A stretch of 64,000 bases of DNA, from NCBI GenBank assembly GCA_030704615.1, contig CM060731.1:39246001-39310000 (forward strand). Reading direction: 5' to 3'. The notes under the pieces are model-generated. The model was not told the origin of the DNA, searched no databases, and saw only the letters and a program-made list of their open reading frames with translations. Both the position numbers and the translations under genes were made by a program. This stretch comes from Takakia lepidozioides. Its lineage: Eukaryota; Plantae; Bryophyta. Each line of letters begins with the position of its first letter. The stretch's first letter is position 1. Below are positions 27,704-40,485 of the stretch, piece after piece.

Positions 27704-28959
27704 GGGTAGCAACTACTTCTGAGAGCCTCTTCCACAGCAATTGCATTGTGAATATTTTCATACTGGATCAGCAATGTAGGAACATGTATGTAGCTGCAAG
27801 TGCATTTACGGGGTTTTAACAATCATGTGTGGTGAGCTGAAGGTGTGAATTTCTAGAAAAGTTGAGTAGATCATCTTGACAATCACCATGTCATTTAAGC
27901 TGCAGCTTCCATCTTTTCCATCCCTTTGTCACAGTTACTCTGAACTAGGTGGCCCTGCAACCTTTGGCTGAAGAGACTTCTTCACCTTCCAGTTGGATTC
28001 TTGGGGCAGAATGTGATTTTCTAGTATATTCACATATTTGGCTAGATTTGCATGTTATCTCACACTGGAAGGTTCGTCAATGAGTTATTTCAACTGCCTG
28101 CACTAACCATGACAAAACAGCATTGACCAAGGAAGTCAATGACTTGCAAATGTCCGGGACTCATGTCCTGCAGAAGGAAGCAAAGGAGTATTGGGGACTG
28201 GTGGAGGACCTGTTCCTGCTGCCGCAGGTTGTCGGTTCAGCTCTGTGGGTTGTGAAAGGGGAACCCCTTCATGTCATGTACCCTTGGAGTTAAGATGCTA
28301 CGATTGCTGCCCCATGTGTATGTACGATAGGCTCCGCACACCTCCCTTCAACCCATCCTTCGGTGATTATATATGTGCAAACCCAGCCATGGATTTTTAT
28401 TCCAAAGCTGGTGATATTGTGATTCCGGTGTTGGCATTGACTCTTGCAGCCATGATATATGTGCAGCAGAGATGGAAGGGTTTGCTTGTGGTACAAATGT
28501 ACAAACCCGAAGCTTGTACGATAGATTGCCTGCAATGAATTTGGAGACAGAGCTTGGCTCCAGCAACTTGTCACCTCGCAGAGTTTTGACCATTATTCAA
28601 GAGGACGAGGATTGACAGAAGGAACCCCGCCCACTATACAATTCTTTCAGTAAGTGTATAACAGGACAGGCACATGTACATGGAGTTTCGGGAGCATCCC
28701 CGTACCCTACAATTTGACGTGAAAAGACCTGTTTTCGGCCAACAGAAAAGAGTCCGCATTCTTTCTGGGGTTGGTCTTTCACTCCTGTCTCTCTTGGGCA
28801 GGCCACAACCAACTTCACCTTGTAATAGTGGTGTATAGTCAGTCTTCTATATTGGTTATGGCTGTGCTGGGTGATCTGCCAGAAGGAAGATTTTGGGCAG
28901 AAATGTCCAGTCATCAAATACATGGGTTTGGGATTGGTATTACCACACATTTAGCTGCA

Positions 28960-29867
28960 TCGAGGATGCAAAGGGAGTGTTACGTAATCTAGCCAAACGA
29001 GATGTTTGGTGTCGCAGGATATGGCCAGCATGGTTGTGATAAGGAGGCCCTGCAACTATTTGAGGAATGCCTTAAGTAGGGAAACTGCCCAACCAAAAGG
29101 AAGTTCCAACAGAGTAGAACCTCTGAATTGTTATTCAGATAATTGATCTAGATCATACCTCGGTGGAGCTGGGAGCTGAGCTGATGTCCTTGAATGGAGT
29201 CGACAAAATCATCATCTGAATTGTACTGGCTTGCAGGCTCCAGGGCAAGGTCTTGGGACGCGCCTTCTGACATTCTTGCATTGTGTTGTGCAGATAATCG
29301 CCGAGAAACTGCAGCCAAGTGTCCTGAAAGAGGTGGCTGACAACGTGAAGTACTTGGGGCAGTAGTGGGGGCAGGAGTTACCAACTGGGGATATGTCTCA
29401 ATCAATCTCTGTCTATAGGTACTCACTGCCGCTTGAAGCCTTTATATGTGTTCTCCCTACATGCAGCCAGGTTGGCCTACTGGATGAAGGAAAATGCTAC
29501 TTTGATTCCCTGAGTCACAATCATGGTGTCACTCCAACACTAAAGCTTTTTGGCTGCATGGTGAACCTTCTTGAACATGCGGGGCAATCGGATGAGGGAG
29601 AGGACCTCATTAATAAAATGCTAATCAGACCACATACTGTGGTGTGGAAGGCCTTGCTTGGTGACTGCAGAATCAATGGCAATGTGGAGATGGCTGTACA
29701 TGAGCAACATCTATTCTCCTTGGGATGAACAAGATGCTGCGACTTGTGTGTTGCTTTCAAACATGTATGCCGCAGCTGGCTCGTGGGATGATACTGCAAA
29801 GGTGAGAAAAACAATGAAGGTTGCCGTTACATTGAGGTTGGCAACAGGGTGCACAGCTTTGTTGTAG
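28960..29867 (+). pseudogene. PPR C-terminal remnant (last PLS motifs plus E1/E2 domain), interrupted
   Basis: FICVLPTCSQVGLLDEGKCYFDSL..HGVTPTLKLFGCMVNLLEHAG..EGEDLINKMLIRPHTVVWKALLGDCRINGNVEMA, then a frameshift, then CVLLSNMYAAAGSWDDTAKVRKTMK. No DYW domain seen. Confidence 0.85.
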
Positions 29868-30539
29868 ATGAGAATCTGCAAGACCCCTGGGACACCTCTC
29901 TGTGTCATCAAGAATCTTCAGGTGTGTGGTCACCAAGTTCATCTCATAGATTGTTGGCCCAGCAATTGCGATACGGGATGCTAAGAAGATACATAGGTGC
30001 TATTTGACTGTGTCATGAGTTATAGTGATCTCTCCTGGTATTCTTGTTAGACAGGTGATCCAGTGCTTACAGTACTCAGTAAGAGTCTAGGCTGCCTAGA
30101 TATTAAACCATCAGCCATCAACCCCAGTGTCAGTGTTAGCTGGTAGCCCATGTTGGAGGCTTCGCCAAATTGTGTGCCCAACTGTGAGCATACAGATTGC
30201 TATGCCTAAATGGGTATAATCTGAACTCTTGAGCCTCTAGGGAAGGAATCGGGCTTGACAGGCACTGGTTGCACTAAATCAGTAAAAGAGGCCTTCCTTC
30301 TGACAGAAGCATAACCGCGTATTTTCAATTCTTCCTCACAGCGAGAGAGAGAGAGAGAGAGAGAGTAGGGCTCAGGTTAGGGTTCCCAAGTGTTACCTCT
30401 TCTCCTGGGTTTCTTGCTTCGCTTCGTTGACAAAAGTCTCAGAGCACATCGCTCTTGCTCCTTCCCCCTCTGCTGTATCGTACCTAAACTTCACAAATGC
30501 ATGCACCCACAAAGTAGGGATGAGGAAAAATGGAAGAGA

Positions 30540-30860
30540 AGATTTTCTAAGCAATGCTGAACATACCACGTTATCATCGTACTCAATAACATCACATTCC
30601 TTTTTTACCATACTGCCAAGTACCTGACGTGCATCGTTCATGCTCCCGCATTCGGCATACATGTTAACAAGGGCAGTCGGACGGAAATCCAGCTTTGATA
30701 ATGTCTGGAAGGACCTCTTTCCTGTTTTTCAGGGCTGCCAGATTTGCGCACGCATTGAATACAAAAATGAACATGACATCATCTGGCGTCGCCCCTACCC
30801 CTAGCATTTGCTTGTACGTCTCAAAAGCCTCCATACCACACCCATCCGCATAGACACAAC
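30540..30860 (-). pseudogene. Inverted PPR fragment
   Basis: GCGMEAFETYKQMLGVGATPDDVMFIFVFNACANLAALKNRKEV and MYAECGSMNDARQV, in different frames. Confidence 0.75.
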
Positions 30861-31524
30861 AGAAGGGACAAAACGACCTTAACATTCTCTCAGATTCAGA
30901 AGATTCACATGAGATAGGTGATGAGACTTATGAAGATGCCTCGTTCGCAATGCTATCTTGACATGCTACATCTCCATATGCCATCTCGGCATCAGTCTTC
31001 CCCTATAGAACAACTCTTTGAGCTTGATGAACACCCCCAAACTAGAACCCGATGCATGGAAGGTATGAAAGCTTTCATATGGTAGGTATGTAGGTTTAAA
31101 GTGTATAGTTTTAGTGGCTTGTGGGTGATTGACCCAAGTACGTGTGAGGCATGCGGGCGTCCACGTGAAGGGCCTCCCCCAACTTTTCGACACGCGAGGG
31201 GGAGAGGAGCTGAACAAGGCAGACGACAAATGCATTCGTAGTCTAAGGACAGCTGATTTTGAGGCAGGAAGTGTAATCAGCTCAGGGAACTCGGACGACA
31301 GTCGTAAGGAGTAGTCGTGATCAGCTGAGTCCCACTCATAGCCTGTATATCGTGGCGAGTTTGAAACTGGTTTTGTTGTCTATTCTTTACTTGTCTCATT
31401 GTCACCTACTCCCATTCAGTAGCTTGATCACACTTTCCGAGCTCAGCAGGCTTACTAGGACGAACCTGCATATTGTCGACCTGGACAGAATTAAGTTACA
31501 TTAATCTTTCGTTGGTTGAAAGCC

Positions 31525-33773
31525 ATGTCGGCATGTGTGCCTTCTTCTCACAAGGAATCCAAACTGCATGTGGTGATTATCACAACCCCACTGTCTGGCC
31601 ACACTCTTCCCACCATCCATCTCGCACAGCAACTAGATGCCCGTGGTGTTATTGTAAGCATAATCAGTTCAGAGTGGCACATCGCACAATTACAAGCCGA
31701 AAGATTCAAACGTTCTGGAATGCATGACACGGGCATTAGACTGGTGGGCTTGGGGGACAAGCTACCAGAAGGGTCGGACGGAGTTGAAGCATGGTTCACC
31801 TTGGATGAGACACGGATAGACTTGTTGGGGGATGTTATAGAAAAGATGTCATCAGGAGATTCGGAGTTGCCTGCTCCTTCCTGTATAATCGCAGACATGT
31901 TCGCGGGATGGTCTCACGATGTGGCCGACAGGTTCAACATTCCAAAGCATTCTTTCTTTACGTCCCCCGCAGCCTGTCTGTCGTTTCTACTTCAGGTAGG
32001 TATACATGTAACTTTATATTTAAGGGCTCTCTCGTCCTCTTCCTCTTTCCCAATACCTTTATATCTCTTGAGCTTGTCCTGTGTATATAATGGTACATAG
32101 TGCAACGATGGGTGATCGGATCTGCTAATTCGGAGCCAAACTCTCCCGTTCTCGAAACATTCCACCTAGATAGATAGTTAATCTTGAGCTGTATCATATC
32201 TTCAGTAATTTTAATCGGACAGAACTTTGCATTTGGTGTAGGTGTCCACACTCGTATCTGAGGGGCTTGTACCTCCAGCGCCAAGTAACCAGAATGATCT
32301 GATCAGTATTCCTGGTATGCCCCCAATGCACCCTTTGGACCTCCTGCCTCCCGATCTACAACTTGAAAAATCACATGATAAATTCACCTTCCATGTGTAT
32401 CATGCGAAAAGAATGATGGAAGCTTCCTCGATACTTATCAACACTTTCGAAGAGATGGAAACCGCAGTCTTAGATGCACTTCGGAAAGAAGTGATTTGTA
32501 CAGAGAAAGTGAAGGTACTGATATTCACACCTTGAGTTTCAGGTCCATTGAGCTCTTAAGATCAGTACGTTTATTGTACAAGTGTCTAGCTTGATTTTGC
32601 AACATTTGATTTTAAGCAAAATTGTCGTGGCAGATTGGATGCGAGATTTTCAAGCAAATCAGAAGTGCACTAACCCTTTCAAAATTTCCACACATACAGG
32701 TGAGGAAAGTCATGCCGGTTGGTCCGTTACTTCTGGTAGAACAATCTGTCAAGCACGCCATCCAAAATGGTGCTATGAAGACCAAGCTTTGGTACGAGGA
32801 ATGGTTGGACACGCACCCTCGGTCGTCTGTTCTCTATATATCATATGGAAGCATGGCTTCAATCTCTGCCGAGCAGATTCGCGAACTAGCATTGGGTCTC
32901 GAGGCGAGCGAGCAAGCATTCTTGTGGGTCCTTCGACCACCCGGGGCACCTCCCACTCATGCATCGCAAGCAAAACAGCAGGTGTCCGAATTTCTCCCTG
33001 CAGGTGATTACACCGATCACACTATTTTAAAATGCGGGTACACAATCCGGGCATGGGGTTTGAAAGATGTTTGTTTTTCAGATTTTCACTAACACTTAAC
33101 AACGCGTGCCTTGTTGATTCATGAAGGATTTGAAAAACGAACACAGGGGCGGGGTCTAGTAGTGCCTGGCTGGGTTGCGCAGCTCCGAATTCTATCGCAT
33201 CCGTCGACAGGGGCCTTCCTCACGCACTGTGGATGGAATTCCATATTAGAAGATGTTTGCGCAGGCCATCCGATGCTCGCGTGGCCGATTCAGGGAGAGC
33301 AAAGGATGAACTGCAGGTAAAATTTCTTCTTCCCCAGCTAGAGCTGCAACTCTTTGAAATGGCGAGTCAGACGGTGGCAGAGACAACGCAACAGTGGAAA
33401 GTTTCGCATGTGTTATTCTCAAAACCCGTCAAGATAGCTAATGTATACTCAAAGGCATTAATCTGTTCTCCTAATGCGCGTGACTGAGTGGTACTTGGGT
33501 ATGTATATTATGCTCAATAGGTTCGTCGTCGACGAATTGAAGATAGCTGTGGAGTTTCATAAGTCAGAAGATGGGGTGGTGGAGAAGGAAGAAGTGGCGA
33601 GGGTGGTGCGTTTGGCCATGACAGGGGAAGCAAGCATGGCTATGCGAGAAAGGGCGGTGAAGCTGAAACATTCTGCACACACGGCTCTGGCGGAAGATGG
33701 TTCTTCCACGAAAAATTTGGAGGCATTCGTAGATGAGCTCAAATCTGGAATTCGTTTATCAAGATCTGTTTGA
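31525..33773 (+). CDS. Family 1 UDP-glycosyltransferase (PSPG type)
   Basis: Exons 31525-31995, 32242-32514, 32700-33003, 33127-33316, 33521-33773 join in phase. Catalytic His (SGHTLP) and Asp (IIADMF); VLYISYGS; PSPG box WVAQLRILSHPSTGAFLTHCGWNSILEDVCAGHPMLAWPIQGEQ. Confidence 0.95.
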
Positions 33774-34926
33774 TTCCGCTGCAATTTTCTCCCGGATCAC
33801 TTCACATAAATAGATTTTCTTATGTATACATCGAGATATTCGTGTAGAAGACACTTGAGCGCCATCATATTGCTGTTGGGTGATCAGCCATAACAGAGTG
33901 GTTGGGTACGTGATGGATACGTCTACCCTAATGTTATATGTAGATACAGTAATTTGAGACATGATTGATGAGTCGTGAGAAGTTCCCCAGAAATAGACGA
34001 GGAATCTTGAGATTGATTAGCTTGAACATGAAGAGGTATCTGACTTTCTCTAACTTGATTATGGCCTTGCAGCATGGTATCTAGAGTGGAAGTAGACTAG
34101 ATGGGAAGAATGTATCTGAGCATGAGCACTGCAAGATGTTTTCCAATGAACATAACTGGATATCTGGATTCTGACACATGATAGAGTTTCGGAAATAAAT
34201 GGTCCCTAAGAGGTTCAACTTAGCAAAAGAGGATCGTGCAATGATTGTAGAAAACTGAAGTACCGGGAGTCCGCGAGATTGAGGCTTATTAAAGTTTACT
34301 TGCAGGAAGTCACGCTGCACGGTGTAGGGCTTATGATGCTTTGAGATTCTGTTTGGAGAACAATTGGATGACCAGCTGGAAGACCTTCAATCCCAACTTG
34401 GCAAGGACAAGTGCTGCAAACCCACACACTAACGAGATGGAATTATAGCAGACCTGCCCCTTTCTTTCACCTCATTCCGCTTCTTCATTTGCATCTTGCA
34501 ACCTAGACTTGCCCAGCTGTACCCTTGTCCTACGTGCACCACTACTTGAAGAGATCGAAGGTCTTAGACCTCAAATTGGAGTACCGGGAACTTTCCAAGG
34601 AAACATTACAGCTCCCCACCATAAATGATTTTCCAACTTGCTTCTGTCCCCCACAAAGACATATATAAACATTTCTCTTGCAAGCGCAAAGCGGAGAACT
34701 AATGTGCACACCATTTGGGGGACATTGAAAGACTTGAAACTGCTGCGTGTCCGTCTGTAGAACTTGCAAGACAGTACAATTGGAGCCACTGCTGAATGCA
34801 TAAGATCATTGGTCGAAAACTAACATATAGTAGTCTACTAATCCCTGCTCTGCCAGAGTGTTACTAGGCATTATGTGACCCTGTCTTCTTGTCATGTTTG
34901 AGTACCTATTCTGCGCTTCAACACAG

Positions 34927-35907
34927 GTTCAGAAATGGCTACACCCCATTAAACAAGTGCAGGATATCACTTTCATCTGTGGAGACTTTCTGCAGGTACA
35001 GTCTCCACTATTCATAATGCTCAGAAGCATTTCTTCAGGCATAGCCAATGTAAGTCCACAGTGCTTGTGTGATCATCTCCACCACAGTATCTAACACCAA
35101 TGTATCCAAAGAGTACTCTCAAGGCAGCCAGACCCACCCTTGCTCTTCATAATCAGCCTCTACTACAGGTAACCCGAAGGAGGTCAACAGCAAAAACAAG
35201 GTCTTTGTGCACCTATTGTATTCAGTAATGTGCTTGCCTAACCAGCTGTCTAAAGGAGAAGTAACACTTCTGGGTTGATGGTAGTTGTATTGATACTATC
35301 TTATAAGATCATCAACTGTGCTCTGAAATATATCACTCTGCTCCTGTCTCTGAAACGCAGGTTGACTGGTCAGATGCAGATGTCGTGTTCACAAATGCTA
35401 CTTGTTTTGGGGACCACTTTTCCCCAATCTTTCTCACCTCCATTTATTGCACTTCTGCCATTCACTAAACCTGCTCTCATGTCTTCCCTCCAAGTGAAAT
35501 GCCTGTCATTGACTCTCTATCTTCTACACTCTATCCAAGCTGTTGCAAGCACTACCAAGAGATATTTAATGCTAGTTATCAATGTTGTCTAGCATGACAA
35601 GCATAGAAATCACTAAACCTCGCAAGAAAACCAACTATTGCCTCCGGCATCTCTCTCTACTCAGAAACGAGCTACAGACATTCTGAAGAAAGGATCCATT
35701 GTCATCTCAGTTACCCACAGCTTTGAGAACATCCATGCCTGGGAACTATTAGATCGGAGGGAGTGGCGGATGAGCTGGGCCTCAGCAGTGGTGTCAGTAC
35801 ACCGAAAAGAGGCGACATCCCAAACCCTCTTCGTGAGAAGGAACACGTCTGAGTTTTCTTTTCCATACAGCTATGCACTATACTTTCCAACTATGAAAGC
35901 TATGTAG
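34927..35907 (+). pseudogene. 3' remnant of a class I SAM-dependent methyltransferase, DOT1-like
   Basis: Exon 34927-34995 (..ITFICGDFLQ); exon from 35361 (VDWSDADVVFTNATCFGDH, no splice donor found); exon 35665-35907 (LKKGSIVISVTH...RMSW). Motif I (DLGSG) not found upstream. Confidence 0.6.
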
Positions 35908-36067
35908 TAGAAAGTTTACTGTCTAATTTCCAACACCTCTTCATCTCATTTACTTCTTTCCAAGTTGCTTTTCAAACTCCTTCCTTACCACTCAAACTGC
36001 CCCTCCACGCACGAGGGTGCAACATGCTATGCACTCCGCTGGCATATGTGTCTGACAAGAAAAGCTC

Positions 36068-36769
36068 CTACCCGCTCGCTGGAGGAAGATGCCGCCGCTC
36101 TGACTCCAGAATAGGAATATCGTTAGCACTCATGTCGCGGCGACGCATCAGCCCGTTGTCATCGAACTCCCAAAGCTCATTACCGTGGGTCCGATACCTG
36201 CTTGAAGCAGAAAAGCATAAGTGGGGACTACATCAAACATAGAACAACACAGCGCATCGAATAGACCGGTATTTCTCTCTCTCTCGTTTGTTTCTTTCTT
36301 TCTTTCTCTCTTCACAGATGGGGAGCACACCCAGATCAGTCAGATGTACAGATTTGAATAGTGGACAAACCATGTTTCCCTCTCCTCAATTGAGGCCCAA
36401 TTTTGACACAGGACTAATAAGCAACAACAGACCCTCAATGACGTTCCCAGAGGCTGAAACACACCATTCTCCAGCCGTGTTGTGCCACTCATACTCAAAC
36501 CGCACCGCAATATGGTTGCCAGAGTATGCCCACATCTCCTTCATCAGTCGGTAGTCAAGCTCCTGGTCCCATTTGCGGGTAAGAAACTCTTTGATTGCTT
36601 CTCGTCCTTTGAAGAACTCAGTTCGATTCCGCCACTCAGAATCCTCTGTGTAGGCTAGTGCTACAGTCTCAGGATTGCACGTATTCCATGCATCCTCTGC
36701 AGCTTTCACTTTTGCCAGCGCTGTTTTCTCCGTGAAGGGAGGGAATGGGGGCCTTTCACCGCTAGCCAT
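36068..36769 (-). CDS. DUF1348 / SnoaL-like (NTF2-fold) protein, 144 aa
   Basis: Exons 36769-36465 and 36197-36068 (GT-AG, phase 2, 435 nt). [56 protein letters not shown]....IAVRFEYEW....W|[20 protein letters not shown] matches the microbial family as I recall it. Confidence 0.92.
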
Positions 36770-37501
36770 TACCTCCTGCCAACCAACCCATCATTATCTG
36801 TATCATCTTCCTTACAAAAGGTGAAGCTTTGAATCACGGGCATGGCATTCTATGTCGTAACAGCAGATGAGTTTCGGTTCGACCTTTTGCTTTTGGAAAC
36901 TTGATGGCACGCAAGATGAGAGCGCTCGCCGATTCCTCTGCTGCTCCTTACACAGGAAGCAATCCGTGACAAGTGCGTGCTCCCCTCGCAGATTGGTGCA
37001 GGCCAGGAGCTGCACACACACGAGTTCCAAGGAGCATCGTCCGTAAAAGTCTTCGCCAGGAGATGGATGAGAATCTACACATTTCAGTTGTGGCTCCTCT
37101 TTACCGTAGTGGGATAGCCGGTTAGGCAGAAATTAATTCGAAAAAAGTGTACCTAATCAAAATAAATTATTTTTGACAAGAGTGCCTAATTTTCAAAAAT
37201 TTCTCTAAAAGTGCCTATGGTATAAAAAGGAAGATAATAGGAATAATGTAAGAACTTAATGCAAGCGCGTCAGGACGGTCCAGCCCTGACACCCGTACCG
37301 CCGGTTCTTCGCCTCCGGCAGACATCGAAAGGCAGCCGGCTGGGCTCGGTCAATCCCTCCCCACCCCGCCCTCATCCCATCGGCGTCGTCGCCCCAGGCG
37401 TGTCGTCGCCCCCTGCGTCGTCGTTCTGCGACACCAGTCCGCCGCTTCCAGCAATCCGCCAGTTCCCTGTAACCCCCGCCCCGGGTTCAACCATCACCCC
37501 C

Positions 37502-39320
37502 ATGTAACCCTCTGTAACTCCGCCGAGTGTAACCCACACCACCATGTAACCCTCTGTAACCCATATAACCCCATGACCCTCTGTAACCCTCACCACCATG
37601 TAACCCTCTATAACACCGCAGAGTGTCACCCCCACCCCTATGTAACCCTCACTACATGTAACCCTCTCTAACCCATGTAACCCTCTATAACACCGCAGAG
37701 TGTCACCCCCACCCCTATGTAACCCTCACTACATGTAACCCTCTTTAACACTTTGCAACCCATGTAACCCTATGTAACCCTCTGTAACCCATGTAACCCT
37801 TTGTAACACCGCAGAGTGTAACCCTCACTCCATGTAACCCTCTGTAACCCTTTGTAACCCATGTAATCCTCTGTGACCCTTTGTAACCCATGTAACCCTC
37901 TGTGACCCTCTGTAACCCATGTAACCCTCTGTGACCCTTTGTAACCCTCACCACCATGTAACCCTCTGTAACACCGCAGAGTGCCACCCTCACCCCTACG
38001 TAACCCTCATTCCATGTAACCCTCTCTGACCCTCTGTAACCCTCACCACCATGTAACCCTCTGTAACCCATGTAACCCTCTGTGACCCTCTATATCCCTC
38101 ACCAGGTGTAACCCTTACCACCATGTAACCCTCTGTAACACCGCAGAGTGTCACCCTCGCCACCATGTAACCCTCCGTAACCCTCACAAACCCTCTGTGA
38201 CACCGCAGAGTGTCACCCTCATCCCATGTAACCCTCACTCCATGTAACCCTCACAAACCCTCTGTGGCTCTGTAACCCATGTAACCCTCTATAACAACGC
38301 AGAGTGTCACCCTCACCCCTTATGTAACCCTCACTCCATGTAACCTCTCTGTAACCCATGTAACCCTATGTGACCCTTTGTAACCCTCTGTGACCCTTTG
38401 TAACCCTCACCACCATGTAACCCTCTGTAACACCGCAGAGTGTAACCCTCACCCCTATGTAACCCTCATTCCATGTAATCCTCTCTGACCCTCTTTAACC
38501 ATCACCACCATGTAACCCTCTGTAACCCATATAACCCTCTGTGACCCTCTATATCCCTCACCAGGTGTAACCCTTACCACCATATAACCCTCTGTAACAC
38601 CGCAGAGTGTCACCCTCGCCACAATGTAACCCTCCGTAACCCTCACAAACCCTCTGTGACATCGCAGAGTGCCACCCTCATCCCCATGTAACCCTCGCAA
38701 ACCCTCTGTGGCTCTGTAACCCATGTAACCCTCTATAACACCGCAAAGTGTCGCCCTCACCCCTTATGTAACCCTCACTCCATGTAACCCTCTGTAACCC
38801 ATATAACCCTCACCACCATGTAACCCTCTATAACACCGTAGAGTGTAATCCTCACCCCTATGTAACCCTCATTCCATGTAACCCTCTCTGACCCTCTTTA
38901 ACCATCACCACCATGTAACCCTCTGTAACCCATGTAACCCTTTGTGACCCTCTATATCCCTCACCAAGTGTAACCCTTACCACCATATAACCCTCTGTAA
39001 CACCGCAGAGTGTCTCCCTCGCCACCATGTAACCCTCCGTAACCCTCACAAACCCTCTGTGACACCGCAGAGTGCCACCCTCATCCCCATGTAACCCTCA
39101 CAAACCCATTGTGGCTCTGTAACCCATGTAACCCTCTGTAACACCGCGGAGTGTCACCCTCACTCCATGTAACCCTCTGTAACCCATGTAACCCTCTGTG
39201 ACCCTTTGTAACCCTCACCACCATGTAACCCTCTGTAACACCGCAGAGTGTCACCCTCACCCCTATGTAACCCTCATTCCATGTAACCCTCTCTAACCCT
39301 CTGTAACCCTCACCACCATG
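37502..39320 (-). repeat. Left TIR modular tandem array (TGTAACCC on + strand, GGGTTACA on -)
   Basis: Dense repeats of tgtaaccc, caccaccatgtaaccc and aacaccgcagagtgtcaccc modules. Confidence 0.95.
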
Positions 39321-40485
39321 GTCCTTGCCAAGCATTTGCGGGAGCGTTCGAGGTACCTCATTGTACTTTGATCCTCTCTGATTTTGAATATTGATTATAA
39401 CTCTTGTATGATGCATCGTAATGTTCGTAATGTGCGGTTTGTTGTGCAGACTAAAACAACGGTACTTGACAAAGTTCAGAATGGTGTCGGACCCTCCTGG
39501 GGCGCCCGAAGTGAAGTTTTATTATGGCGATGCCTTCCTGGCTTGTAGTCCGTTACAGTTTTACTTGGAAGAGACAGATTTTGAGCCGATGTATAAAATA
39601 AGAGCAACTGTCACAGATGCATTGCTCTCGGGTTACAACAAACTTCTGGAGGCCAAATTGTTTAAGGCTATCGCACCTGAGTTTGTCATATGTGCTCCTT
39701 TCCAATGGCATGTCATGCGTACCAATGGTAACGATCTGCAAACGCTATTCGGGTTGGTGCAAGAATGGTACACTCAGGATGCCCGAGGGATGGTGTTCAC
39801 AAAGAATCGAGATCTTGTGAACGTGGTTGTCATCCCTATTGTCTTCGAGTAAGTAATTTCAGCGTTGACTGAGCATGTTGGGTTACACTCCTCTATTCTA
39901 GACTGAGTTGCACTAGTGACTGCTGACTAGTTGTGTAACACCGTTTAGAGTTACAGTACAAAGGGTTACACTACTGGGTTACACCACAGCCGGGTTACAC
40001 CACAATGGGTTTCATTGGAGATGTTTTTTTCTATTCTGACGTAACGGCTTTGTTTGTGTTGCAGTGATCACTGGAGTGTTGCTGTTTTAGAGCGCCGAGG
40101 TCGGATAGTACATTTGGACTCCCATAAAACCATTGCCCGACCCAAACTCATTGAAGGAATTTTGCGAAATTTTGCCATAGCGTTCTTTGATTTCATGCCT
40201 GGATCTGATGACTTCAGTTACATCATGGAGAGGATGGAATGGTTTGAGGCCAGTGTCCCCCAGCAACGGAGCTATTGGGAGTGCGGCTATTATGCACTTT
40301 GTTTTGTGCAATTTTACTTGGAGTGGAAGTTCAATGTGAAAACCACAGAAGATCGAACCCGTCATAGGCGGGCGTTTACTGCAAGTTGGTTCAACGAGTC
40401 AACCATGATAGCTTCCCGTACTCATATGATTAGTTGGCTGTGTGACGAGATGGACAAAGACTTGGTCAGATGGCCAAAGAAATAA
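39318..40485 (+). CDS. Ulp1/C48-like cysteine protease carried by the MULE (284 aa, open frame)
   Basis: Exons 39318-39352, 39450-39848, 40065-40485 (855 nt, in phase). VVVIPIVF-DDHWSVAVL (His), VHLDSH (Asp), VPQQRSYWECGYY (Gln, Cys). Confidence 0.85.

Noticed and set aside
34080-34800. Possible LRR/NLR remnant
   Set aside because: Only scattered Leu-rich peptides in shifting frames; too degenerate to call.
433-36769. ABCA, GPAT, UGT and SnoaL-like genes as a biosynthetic gene cluster
   Set aside because: The genes are separated by unrelated loci and TEs, no shared pathway is evident, and co-expression cannot be judged from sequence.
37502-39320. CRISPR array or true telomere
   Set aside because: There are no unique spacers or cas genes and the context is eukaryotic. 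The arrays are internal, mirrored and enclosed by TIRs and a TSD.
37372-39416. Many ORFs rich in VTEGYM/RVT (also 45618-47404)
   Set aside because: They are translations of the GGGTTACA tandem arrays, not proteins.
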